Part shown: positions 38,054-46,963 of the stretch, one piece after another | How the letters are laid out: each line of letters opens with the position of its first letter | Numbering within the stretch: the first letter of the stretch is position 1 | NCBI GenBank assembly: GCA_964616915.1 | Contig: CAZTSL010000002.1 | Coordinates: forward strand, 12,090-76,089 | Origin: an uncultured bacterium | Lineage (GTDB): Bacteria > Myxococcota_A > CAZTSL01 | Length of the DNA: 64,000 nt | Direction: 5' to 3' | The notes under the pieces: model-generated | Seen by the model: the letters and a program-made list of their open reading frames with translations, nothing else | What the model was told of the DNA's origin: nothing | Databases searched by the model: none | Program-made: the position numbers and the translations under genes

Positions 38054-38758
38054 TCAGTAACGCGGTGTTCCGGAGAAATCGAAGAGCTCCGGCGCCCGTT
38101 TGAGCCCGACGACCATCTCCTCGATCGCATGCTGGACGCTCTCCTCCACGAGGGGGTCGAAGAGATGGTCGTCCTGGGCCCCCTCGGGGGGGAAGGTGTC
38201 GAACTGGCGGCTCGTGATCTTCTGGCGCCAGATCGGCCGGTGCCCCAGATCGTAGAAGGTCACTTCGAGTTCGAGGAGGACGTCCCCCTTGATGCTCACG
38301 AGTTCCTTCTCCGGCGTTTCGCCCCCTCCCTGCGGATCCTTCCGGTAGAAGAAGACCACATCGAGCGTATTGCGGAGAATTTCGACGGTGAGGATCCCAT
38401 CGAGCTTCTTCTTGCGTGCTTCCTGGAGGTTGCGAACCTGGGTGGCAAACTCGAAGGCGATCTGTGCCGCGGGCTCCATCATTGCGGCAATGGCCCGTCC
38501 CACGGCGTAATGATAGACGGGGGCCTTCTTCTGCTTCTCCTCGTTTCCCTGAAACCGCGCCTGGCCGGAAAGGATGTGGCGACGCACCTCACTGGGAACG
38601 ACCACGCCAACGGTCAGCGGGATCTCCATCGTGGAGTACATCGTGGAGAAGCGGTTGTCCAGTGTCTCCGAGAGGCGGGTGGAACGGACGAATGCGCTAC
38701 ACCCCACCGTCGAGGGGAGGAGAAAGAGGCCGAGGACCAGAGCGAGGCTGCGTTTCAT
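38054..38758 (-). CDS. Lipoprotein of unknown function
   Basis: MKRSLALVLGLFLLPSTVGCSAF lipobox. Start at internal Met; the upstream extension is G/R/S-rich. Confidence 0.5.
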   Translation of the reverse strand: MKRSLALVLGLFLLPSTVGCSAFVRSTRLSETLDNRFSTMYSTMEIPLTVGVVVPSEVRRHILSGQARFQGNEEKQKKAPVYHYAVGRAIAAMMEPAAQIAFEFATQVRNLQEARKKKLDGILTVEILRNTLDVVFFYRKDPQGGGETPEKELVSIKGDVLLELEVTFYDLGHRPIWRQKITSRQFDTFPPEGAQDDHLFDPLVEESVQHAIEEMVVGLKRAPELFDFSGTPRY

Positions 38759-38810
38759 CTCCCTTCCTTTCCAGAACTTCCCCGTCGATGGCGCCCGACC
38801 CCTCTGCGCC

Positions 38811-39545
38811 TCAGATCCCGAAGAGCTTGATCGCCACCCCGGAGAGGGCGATCGCCACGCCGGCCAGGGTATTCGCGTAGCGTTCCAGCGGACCAAAGAG
38901 GGAGACCTGCAAGGCGTAGTACCCCAAGGTCACGAGAAGGAGCATCGTGCCGATCGTCACCGTCCCGAAGACGAGCGCGACCCAGAAGGTCCCCCAGGCC
39001 CCCATCGTGGCCGCAGGCACCATGAGGAGGGGAATGAGCGGCTCGCAGGGGCCGAGCACGAAGATGATGAAGAGCCCCCAGAAGGTCAGTTGCTTTCCGG
39101 AGAGCGTCGAAGCATCGTGAAGATGAGCGTGGTGATGGGGGTGGTGAGGGTCGTGGGGGTGGACATGGACGTGCCCATCGTGTTCGTGGATGTGACGGTA
39201 GGCTCGCCGCTGACGGGCAAAGGACCACCCCGCGTACGCCAGCCCGAAGACGATGAGGAGCCAGGCCGAAAGGGAACCCCGACTCGCCTCGATCGTGGTG
39301 AGCTTGGAGAGACCGATCCCAAGACCGATGCCAATGGCGCCGAGCACCACCGAGGAGAGGACGTGACCGAGACCACAGAGCGCGGTGATCGCAAGCACCT
39401 TGGTCAGCGACCACTTCCGGGCCCGGCCGAGCACCACGAAGGGGAGCGTGTGATCGATCCCGATCGCGGTGTGAAGGAGGGCGACACTCGTCGCCGTCGT
39501 CAGAAGTACGAGCAGTGTGGGTTCATTCATCGAGGAGACCTCCAT
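38811..39545 (-). CDS. NicO/NiCoT-like nickel/cobalt transporter membrane protein with His-rich loop
   Basis: Six to eight TM helices. LLHTAIGIDHTLPF (Hx5DH-type motif). Cytoplasmic loop HIHEHDGHVHVHPHDPHHPHHHAHLH. Overlaps the sodX 3' end, forming an operon with sodN-sodX. Confidence 0.65.
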   Translation of the reverse strand: MEVSSMNEPTLLVLLTTATSVALLHTAIGIDHTLPFVVLGRARKWSLTKVLAITALCGLGHVLSSVVLGAIGIGLGIGLSKLTTIEASRGSLSAWLLIVFGLAYAGWSFARQRRAYRHIHEHDGHVHVHPHDPHHPHHHAHLHDASTLSGKQLTFWGLFIIFVLGPCEPLIPLLMVPAATMGAWGTFWVALVFGTVTIGTMLLLVTLGYYALQVSLFGPLERYANTLAGVAIALSGVAIKLFGI

Positions 39546-39838
39546 GCATCCAAAGGCCCGGAACGGGGGATCCTGGCCGTGACTCTTCCGAGAAGCCGGC
39601 TCAGGGGGATCGAACCGAAGCTGCGGCTGTCGGTGCTCTCCCTCGGGTTGTCCCCGAGGAGGTGGAGACGATCCCCCCGAACCGCGGCAACCCGTTTGAC
39701 GAGCCGTACCCCGCGGCGGAAGGGATGAAGAAAGACGACGATCTCACCGGGCCGGGGCGCGCGGCGGCGATAGCAGCGGGGATCGACGAGGACGATCTCT
39801 CCCCCTTCGAGCGTGGGCGACATCGAATCACCCGACAC
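39527..39838 (-). CDS. sodX: Ni-SOD maturation peptidase SodX (truncated S26 signal-peptidase-like)
   Basis: GDSMSPTL (S24/S26 catalytic Ser box) and GDNPRESTDSR. About 100 aa, immediately downstream of sodN. Probable GTG start. Confidence 0.75.
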   Translation of the reverse strand: MSGDSMSPTLEGGEIVLVDPRCYRRRAPRPGEIVVFLHPFRRGVRLVKRVAAVRGDRLHLLGDNPRESTDSRSFGSIPLSRLLGRVTARIPRSGPLDAWRSPR

Positions 39839-39925
39839 CCGGAAGCGCCACCGCCGGCCGAGGAGCCAGAGGAGGTACTCCTTGAGATCGGCGCGCGCTA
39901 CCCGCCCGGCCGCCCGATCGGCGTC

Positions 39926-40399
39926 TCACCCCGCGGTATACCAGGCGACCTCGCGCCCCTTCGTGGCCCAGAAGATCTCATGGATCTTCTTGATCGTGTC
40001 GAGCAGTTCCTGCGCATGTTCGAGGCTGACTTCCACCTTGACCGCGGAGCAGAGTTTGGCGGCCTTCCAGAAGATGTCGTGCAGATCGGGGTACTGCTGC
40101 AGGTGGGGCGGCTTGAAGTAGTCGGTCCAGAGGACGAGGAGTTCCGTCTTGGCCAGGTGCGCCTGCGCCTCCTTGATCGCGATGTAGCGCGAGAGCGTGT
40201 TGTGGTAGGCCACGAGCGCCTTGGCATCCCCCGGATCGGGGGGCGTGAGATCGAGGATCTTCTTCGTCATCGAGAGGACCGCTTCCGCGGCGATTCTCGC
40301 CGAGGCGGGGTCGTAGACCCCACAGGGACCGTCACAGTGCGCCTCCACACGTTCCGCGGGAAGCCGATGCAGGAGTCTCTCCGTCAATTTCTCGAGCAT
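39926..40399 (-). CDS. sodN: Nickel-containing superoxide dismutase precursor
   Basis: Leader MLEKLTERLLHRLPAERVEA followed by Ni-hook HCDGPCGVYDP. Four-helix-bundle length of 157 aa. RBS GAGGAG. Confidence 0.9.
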   Translation of the reverse strand: MLEKLTERLLHRLPAERVEAHCDGPCGVYDPASARIAAEAVLSMTKKILDLTPPDPGDAKALVAYHNTLSRYIAIKEAQAHLAKTELLVLWTDYFKPPHLQQYPDLHDIFWKAAKLCSAVKVEVSLEHAQELLDTIKKIHEIFWATKGREVAWYTAG

Positions 40400-41272
40400 G
40401 GTCGATTCTCCTCTCTTGCAGGGGTAAGGACGATCACGACCTCCGCCCGGAGCGGAAAGGGAAGATGCGCGTCATTGGCCACACAGCCACGGAACCGACG
40501 GCCACGCGGTGAAGTCTCCATCCCCATCCCTCCATGAGGGAGGCGTGGTGCAATTCCTGGAAAGAACGCCCAATTCTAGTCGAGATCCCCGGTATTGTCA
40601 ACCAGCCCGAATCTCATCGCCCAGGGCAATCGCATCAAATTTCCCGATAAGATCTGCAATCCCGTAGGATCTCGAAAGCAAGGGAGTTCCCACATGACAG
40701 TCGCCGCTCTCCACGGCGTCTGGTCGGTAATGCGTTCCACCCCTTTCGTGCCCGATGCTCCGATACCATGCGGATTCCGCGAATCATGAGGATTTTCAAT
40801 GCGATTGCCCTGCCGCCTCATCAAAAAAACCTTGACCGCTCCGATCGAAGCATGCTATCGTAACCTTCCGTCGCTCCCAGGGGAAGGGCATGACGAGGGG
40901 AGCAGGACGAAAGGGAGCGACTCGAGCAGGACGAAAGGGGACGACTCGAGCCTCGCCTCGGAAGGGGAGCCGACAGAACGAGGCGGCACAAGGGAAGGGG
41001 GAAATGCACGCAACGTCGGAGAAGGATGACAGGAAAAGGGGAGAGGAGGAGCACTTCCGGAGACGGCCGGGATGGGGTTGGCGCCATCCCCGCCTCAAGG
41101 CCACCCTCGCCTTCCTTACGCTCCTCTTTGCCGTCCATCTCCTCTTTCTCCTCCACTTCCTCCTCTCCCGCCACAGTACCCCTGTTCCGACTCCCCTCTC
41201 CGCTTCCCCCCTCTCCCTGATGCAGGGACGCGGGTAGCGCCGGCATCCTTACCGCGGGAGGAAGAGCGTTTC

Positions 41273-43618
41273 ATGCACGTCCGGATACGCAACCTTTGGG
41301 CTCTGGGGTGCGGTGTGCTCCTCTTTTTCTTTTTCGCTGCCGGCGAACTTCGGGCCCAGGGGCAACCCCACCAGACGATCCTCCTCCTCGATCATTCGAA
41401 GAGCATGAAGGGGAACGATCCCTTCTTCCTGAACCACTTCGCCGCCCACCTCCTCGTCGATCTGGCGGCCCCCCGTGACGAGATCGGCATCTTCGACTTG
41501 CAATCCTCCGTCGTTCCGATGGATCCGGTCGCGGGGAGGAAAGAGGCGCTCCATGCCGCCATCGACCACCTCTCCTATGGGGGGAAAACCCCCTGCGCGA
41601 CCCCCCTTTCCCGCGCCCTTACGGAACTGAAGGAGAAACAACGGCCGGAGGCGCTTGCGAGTATCGTCTTCCTCACCGATGGGGTCTGCGACGAGGACGA
41701 TCCGATCGAGAAAGCGCTTCCCGCGCTGCAAGCGGCCAGGATCCCGGTCTTCACGATCGCGCTGGGGAAAGAGACGGAACATCGCCGGCAGTTGCAGCGG
41801 CTCGCCGAGCAGACGGGAGGAATCCCCTTCGCCGTGACGGACGCGGCGGATCTACCGGAGGTCTTCGCGAAACTCGCCGGCCGTCTCCATGGGGCGGAGT
41901 ACCAAAGCGGCATGCTCGCCCGTGGAGAACAGATCTTCGCCGCCGCCCCCTACCTCGAACGGATCGTGCTCCTCGCCGCGGGGAAGGTCGAGACGGCCCG
42001 TTTCTTCGGGCTCCATTCCCCCACCGGTCCGGTGGCCCTCGATGGGAAGAACGCCCGCATCCGCTCCTTTGCGAACCACCGTCATCCCAACGCCCCCGAG
42101 GTCTATACGATCGTGGAGATTCCGGAACCGCCCCCCGGAGAGTGGCGCTACGAGGTGGAAGGGAAAGAAGAGAAATTCTCCGTGGCCGTGATCCAGATCT
42201 TCGACCTCGTCCTCTCCCTGGAAGGGCATCCGCAACGGGTCGAGGGGAAGGAAACCGTGGAACTCGTGGCCCGGCTGGCAACCTCCCGGGGAAGAGTGCC
42301 CGATCCCGCGTTCCTGCGGCAGGTTTCGGTGACCCTCCATCACCGCCCCCCCGGCGGCGATTTTCAGCGTTGGGGTCCCCTCCCCTTCGACGGGAAAGGG
42401 GCGTTCCGCACCCGTCTTTCCCTTCCGGAACCGGGGGAACACGTCTTCTACGCCGTGGCGCGCTACCAGCAGCATCTGAACCGCCGCAGTCCGCTTCGCT
42501 CGATCGAACGCCTGGAGCCCCCCCCCGAAGGGTGCCGCCTTCGCTTCCTCGAGGCCGAGGCGTGCCATCGGAAGGGGGATGTCCCCTTCCCCGTGAGCGT
42601 GCGCCTCGAATGCGCCCCTCCCCAGACCCTCTCCGCGGCCTACCAGGAAAGCTGCACCGGCCGCCTCTTTGCCCAGTCCCCCGGGGGAGAGGGCTTTGGC
42701 GAGGTCGCATCCTTCTCGTCGGAGCCGGGAGGACGCTACACGGCCCTCGTAACGCTGCCCGAGGAGGGGCATCACCGGCTCCAGGCCCGCCTCGAGTGTC
42801 CGAACACCCGTTTCGTCTCCGGAACGAGTGATCTTTTCGTGGGGGAACTCCCCCCCCTTCTCCCGCTCGATTTCGGAACACCGGAGGGGGGGAGCGTGGC
42901 GACCCGAGGGATCGATCTTTCCCCCTGGCGTCCCTTCCTTCCCCTCGACATCACGTTCCGGCCGGAAGCGCTCACCGGCCCTTCGGCCGCATCGATCGCG
43001 GTCGATGCCGACGGAGCCGGTGGACTCCTCGCCACGCTGAAGATCGCGGGGTGCCGCTCCGAGGGGGAAGGGAACGGGGCGATCGCGATCGTCCCGAAGG
43101 GGTGTCTCTCTCCCGTCGCGCTTCCCGTCTCCTACACGGTCCACCCCACCCCCTTTCTCGCCTGCTATCGGCGGATCTATCTCGGGACGCTGGCGCTGCT
43201 CGGGGGCGCTTTCCTCCTCTACGGATTCCTCTCCCCCCCGGCATTCTCCCCCCGCCGAACGATCTGCTGGAGTGCCTCCCGGCAGGGGTGCGTGGAAAGG
43301 GACCCCACCGCCGCCACGGAGGTGCTCTTCGGGGCGTTGCATGGCCACGGGAAGGGGCGGCGTCGCTGGTATACCCCCGCCCGCCTCTACTTCGGCGGTC
43401 CCGACGACTTCCTCGGACCCAAGGGGGAAACGCCCGTGGCCTGGCTCGAAGCCACCCGCTCCGGAATCCTCCTCGTCACCCTCCAGCCGGGACAGACCTT
43501 CCTGTGCACCGAGGGGGGAGGAGAAGAACCGATCACGATGCAGGCGACCCCCCTCCATTACGGCACCGTCTACCGCGTCGATATCGGGGGTGAACACCGC
43601 TATTTCGAAATCCACTGA
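41273..43618 (+). CDS. Membrane-spanning von Willebrand factor A (vWA/MIDAS) domain protein, 781 aa; first gene of the vWA-tubulin-like cluster
   Basis: Start MHVRIRNLWALGCGVLLFFFFAAGELRAQG (signal/anchor). MIDAS LLLDHSKSM (DxSxS) plus VFLTDG. Second TM IYLGTLALLGGAFLLYGFL near residue 700. C-terminal about 130 aa tail. Confidence 0.8.
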   Translation: MHVRIRNLWALGCGVLLFFFFAAGELRAQGQPHQTILLLDHSKSMKGNDPFFLNHFAAHLLVDLAAPRDEIGIFDLQSSVVPMDPVAGRKEALHAAIDHLSYGGKTPCATPLSRALTELKEKQRPEALASIVFLTDGVCDEDDPIEKALPALQAARIPVFTIALGKETEHRRQLQRLAEQTGGIPFAVTDAADLPEVFAKLAGRLHGAEYQSGMLARGEQIFAAAPYLERIVLLAAGKVETARFFGLHSPTGPVALDGKNARIRSFANHRHPNAPEVYTIVEIPEPPPGEWRYEVEGKEEKFSVAVIQIFDLVLSLEGHPQRVEGKETVELVARLATSRGRVPDPAFLRQVSVTLHHRPPGGDFQRWGPLPFDGKGAFRTRLSLPEPGEHVFYAVARYQQHLNRRSPLRSIERLEPPPEGCRLRFLEAEACHRKGDVPFPVSVRLECAPPQTLSAAYQESCTGRLFAQSPGGEGFGEVASFSSEPGGRYTALVTLPEEGHHRLQARLECPNTRFVSGTSDLFVGELPPLLPLDFGTPEGGSVATRGIDLSPWRPFLPLDITFRPEALTGPSAASIAVDADGAGGLLATLKIAGCRSEGEGNGAIAIVPKGCLSPVALPVSYTVHPTPFLACYRRIYLGTLALLGGAFLLYGFLSPPAFSPRRTICWSASRQGCVERDPTAATEVLFGALHGHGKGRRRWYTPARLYFGGPDDFLGPKGETPVAWLEATRSGILLVTLQPGQTFLCTEGGGEEPITMQATPLHYGTVYRVDIGGEHRYFEIH

Positions 43619-43742
43619 AAGGCAATGGGGGCAATGGAGAGAGCCACCATGCAAGACGCACCGGGGAGAGCCAACGAACGAGATCTCCATCGCAACGCGG
43701 GGAGCATCCTTTTCCCACGGCAGCCATCAGGAGGAATACGCC

Positions 43743-46700
43743 ATGGCCGATCAGATCTACCCGACCTTCTTCATCGGACTGGGGGGAACCGGGGGTAAGA
43801 CGGTAAACCGGATCGCCAGGAAGTTCAAGACGAACTGGAACTACGAGACGCTGCGCAACTCCGTCGCCTTCTTCACCTTCGACACCGACCGTAGCGATCT
43901 CGAAGGGTTCAGCGACATCCCCAAGGAAAACCGTTTTCTCCTCCACATCCCCCGCAAGAAGGAGTTCGTGGATCGCGTGCGGGGCGCGGGCTACCTCGAC
44001 CCCGATCCCTTCTACACGAGCTGGATGCACCCCGACTACGGCTTCCACATCGAAGGAGGAAAGGGCGCCGGGCAGATCCGGATCGAATCACGCCTCACCT
44101 TCACCTACCGGATCGAGCATCCCGACCTGCAGCTTGGACATCGGGACATCCTCCGCGCTTTCCAGGACGCGATCGGCAGGGCACTCGATCCGGACAACAA
44201 CGCCACGAGGCGGCAGCCCGCCTACTTCCAGATCTTCTGCTTCGGTTCGATCGCCGGGGGGACGGGGAGCGGATCGTTCCTCCCCCTCGCCTATACCCTT
44301 CAACACCTCCTCCAGGAGCGAGGATGGGAAACGATCACCGCTCTTTGCCTCTTCGATCCGGAGGTCTTCGAGCCGGAGGTCCAGAACGCGCTCAAAAAGG
44401 ACATCCAGGCCAACGGCTACGCTGCGCTCATGGAGACGGACCACTTCATGCGCCTTTCGGCCGAGGGGGGACATCACTCCCTCCCGAAGAAGATCCGGTT
44501 CCATACACGGAAGGCATGGCCCCGTCTCGTCGATCGCGCCCCGGCCACGATCGTGTACCTCTGCGGAATCCCGAAACATTTCTCGATGGAGAAGATCGCC
44601 TCGATGATCAATGCCGTGGCCGATGCGAGCTACTTCCAGGTCTTCTCTCCCCTCCTCGGTCTCCAGGAGGCCGAATCGGTCAACTTCGTTCGACATCAGC
44701 TCGGGCTCGTGCAGCAGGTCTTCTCCGCCCACTACGGCGCCTTCGGCTGCTGCCTCCTTCACGTTCCGGATGAAGACATCCTCCTCTACTGCGGCCTCCG
44801 TTTCGCCGAGACGGCCCTGCGCCGCTACGTCCTCCTCGAAGGAGAGGTCGAACTCCTCGAGGGAGAGGGGGAAGAGAACCTCTCCGAGGAGGAGAAGGCC
44901 GACGCCGAAGACGAGCGCTTCTGCTTCTGGATCGACCGGAAGGCGGAAGAGGAAGTACGGGATCGAAAGAGGGAGGGCATCTTCCAGAAGATCCGGGGGG
45001 GGCGCCTCCCATCGGGAGAAACCCTCCAGGAAGTGATCGAAGCCGCGGTCGCCGAAACCCTCCAGGAGATCCCCCAGGCGATCCGCCTCAGCCGTCTCTC
45101 CACGAACGACCTCTCGGAATACCGCTACGGCCTCGATCCCTACCGGAACCGACTCGTCGAAGAACTCGCGGAATCGAAGGCCCGACTCCAACGCCATCTG
45201 CGCACCGTCACCTACGACATCGCCAACGGAACCTTCCTCGGCCGCATCTTCAAGGGCTGTCAGGCCGATCCCTTCATGCAGCGCTATGCCCTCATCGATC
45301 TCAAACGGAGACTCAGAACGGCGATCTCCGATGGACAGGAGCCCAGGAATCCCGACGACCCCACCGCATCCGCGGTCATCGATCGGCTCCGCTCCTGGGA
45401 GGACGAACTGGCCCGAACCGCACCCTATACGATGAAGGAGCGTCTCTTCCAGCGAGAGAACCGCGACTTCATCGAGACGAGGGAGCAGGCGGTCGCCGAC
45501 TTCAACCGCGTCGTCGAGGCGAATCAGCGGGCCATGGAAGCCCATGCGAAACGGGAGATCGAGGAGGCCCTCTTCCACCAGGTCATGGAACGACTCCGTG
45601 CCTTCCGTACCCTCATGTCGCTGGGCAAGGCGCTCGTGGAGGAACTGGAAGAGGAAGCCGACCGCTTCCAGCGCTCGGGCGTGCCCCCGGAGGGAGAATC
45701 GCAGGCCAACGCCTTCTTCCTCGACGAGGAGGCGCTCCAGGACCTCGAGGGCAACCGCCTCTGGAAGACCTTCTACGAAGCGGAGATCGTCCCCAAGGAG
45801 GTCGAACTCTTCCAGCCCGCCGAAATCTTCGCCGCCATCGAGGAAGCCTCCGCCCCCCGCCTCGATCCCCGGGGAAGAACCCAATCCCCCACACCAGAAG
45901 AGGTCCGCCGCGCCCTCAAGGCGAAACTCGTCCAGCTCGGGTGCAAACGCTTGCGCCCCCGGATCGTCGGCATGGAAAGGAATGTCGCCCCCCGCGATCA
46001 ACAGGGCCTCCTCATCGACGAAGCCCTCCTCCTCGAAGCGAGGTTCGTCCTCGAAAAGCGCCAGAAGGCCGGCGAAATCCTCTCCTTCGGCCCCGATGAG
46101 ATCGCCGCGTACATCCGGGAGAAGCTCGGCCATGCGAAACGGAGAAGCGGGCATCTGGCCAAGATCGAGAATCTGGAGGACCCCGAGGTGAAGCCCTGCC
46201 CGATCTCGCTCGTGGCCTTCCACGAATGCTACCAGGAGGCCCTTCCCCACCAGAACGGCTCCCTGGCCGATCATCTCCGCGAGATCTCTCCCGAAGGACG
46301 CTGGGTCGAAAACTGGCACGACCGCAAGCGGATCGTCTTCTACCAGGCCACCCTCGGCGTCCCCCTCTTCTATTTCCCCTACGTCCGAAAGACGCTGCGT
46401 CAGGCATACGAGGAACTCGACGCCAAGGGGGTCAAGGAGCGAGGCTATCCCCTCCATATCGACGCCGCCTTCGAGAAGCGGCTCTGCCCCCTCACCCCCG
46501 AAAGACTCCAGGAGTTCCTCGCCCGCAGCCTCGAGGAACGCGTCGCCCCCCGCTTCGTCCTCGGTACCCTCGCCGGCATCGTCTCCCACCAGGACGGCGC
46601 ATACCACTGGAAATTCGGCGAAAGATGGGGGGACACGCTCGGAAGTGATCTCTCCCAGGCCCTCCGGACCTACGACGCACTCGAGCCCGCGATCGCCGAA

Positions 46701-46925
46701 CGGATCTCCCGCAAACTCGAAGAGACCGAAAGGCGTCTCAAGAGCGATCCACAGCTCCGCACCGCCCTCGAAGCCCTTCGCACCACCTACGAAGAAGCGA
46801 TCCTCGACCGGAAATTCCCGAAACGACAGCTACAGGACGCCCAGACGGCCCGGATCGACGAGATCCCCATCCTCGAGAAACTCAAGAGCGCCTGTGAGGA
46901 TCTCCTCCAGAGCACGAGCGCGTAG
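43743..46925 (+). CDS. FtsZ/tubulin-superfamily GTPase with about 700 aa C-terminal extension (1060 aa); not a canonical cell-division FtsZ
   Basis: T1 loop YPTFFIGLGGTGGKTVNRIARKF (compare FtsZ GGGGxNAVNRM). T4 / tubulin signature FCFGSIAGGTGSGSFLPLA (GGTGSG). Charged, coiled-coil-like E/R-rich C-terminal region. Confidence 0.8.
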   Translation: MADQIYPTFFIGLGGTGGKTVNRIARKFKTNWNYETLRNSVAFFTFDTDRSDLEGFSDIPKENRFLLHIPRKKEFVDRVRGAGYLDPDPFYTSWMHPDYGFHIEGGKGAGQIRIESRLTFTYRIEHPDLQLGHRDILRAFQDAIGRALDPDNNATRRQPAYFQIFCFGSIAGGTGSGSFLPLAYTLQHLLQERGWETITALCLFDPEVFEPEVQNALKKDIQANGYAALMETDHFMRLSAEGGHHSLPKKIRFHTRKAWPRLVDRAPATIVYLCGIPKHFSMEKIASMINAVADASYFQVFSPLLGLQEAESVNFVRHQLGLVQQVFSAHYGAFGCCLLHVPDEDILLYCGLRFAETALRRYVLLEGEVELLEGEGEENLSEEEKADAEDERFCFWIDRKAEEEVRDRKREGIFQKIRGGRLPSGETLQEVIEAAVAETLQEIPQAIRLSRLSTNDLSEYRYGLDPYRNRLVEELAESKARLQRHLRTVTYDIANGTFLGRIFKGCQADPFMQRYALIDLKRRLRTAISDGQEPRNPDDPTASAVIDRLRSWEDELARTAPYTMKERLFQRENRDFIETREQAVADFNRVVEANQRAMEAHAKREIEEALFHQVMERLRAFRTLMSLGKALVEELEEEADRFQRSGVPPEGESQANAFFLDEEALQDLEGNRLWKTFYEAEIVPKEVELFQPAEIFAAIEEASAPRLDPRGRTQSPTPEEVRRALKAKLVQLGCKRLRPRIVGMERNVAPRDQQGLLIDEALLLEARFVLEKRQKAGEILSFGPDEIAAYIREKLGHAKRRSGHLAKIENLEDPEVKPCPISLVAFHECYQEALPHQNGSLADHLREISPEGRWVENWHDRKRIVFYQATLGVPLFYFPYVRKTLRQAYEELDAKGVKERGYPLHIDAAFEKRLCPLTPERLQEFLARSLEERVAPRFVLGTLAGIVSHQDGAYHWKFGERWGDTLGSDLSQALRTYDALEPAIAERISRKLEETERRLKSDPQLRTALEALRTTYEEAILDRKFPKRQLQDAQTARIDEIPILEKLKSACEDLLQSTSA

Positions 46926-46963
46926 GGACGGCCAGCAGGGCGCCATGGCCCATCGAGTCTGGA

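Noticed and set aside
40796-41246. ORFs 40796..41104 (-), 40821..41246 (-), 40890..41237 (+) and 41026..41220 (+) in the sodN-vWA intergenic region
   Set aside because: Low-complexity (E/G/K or S/P/L-rich) translations across a GA-rich repeat. No RBS and no conservation signal. Treated as non-coding regulatory DNA.
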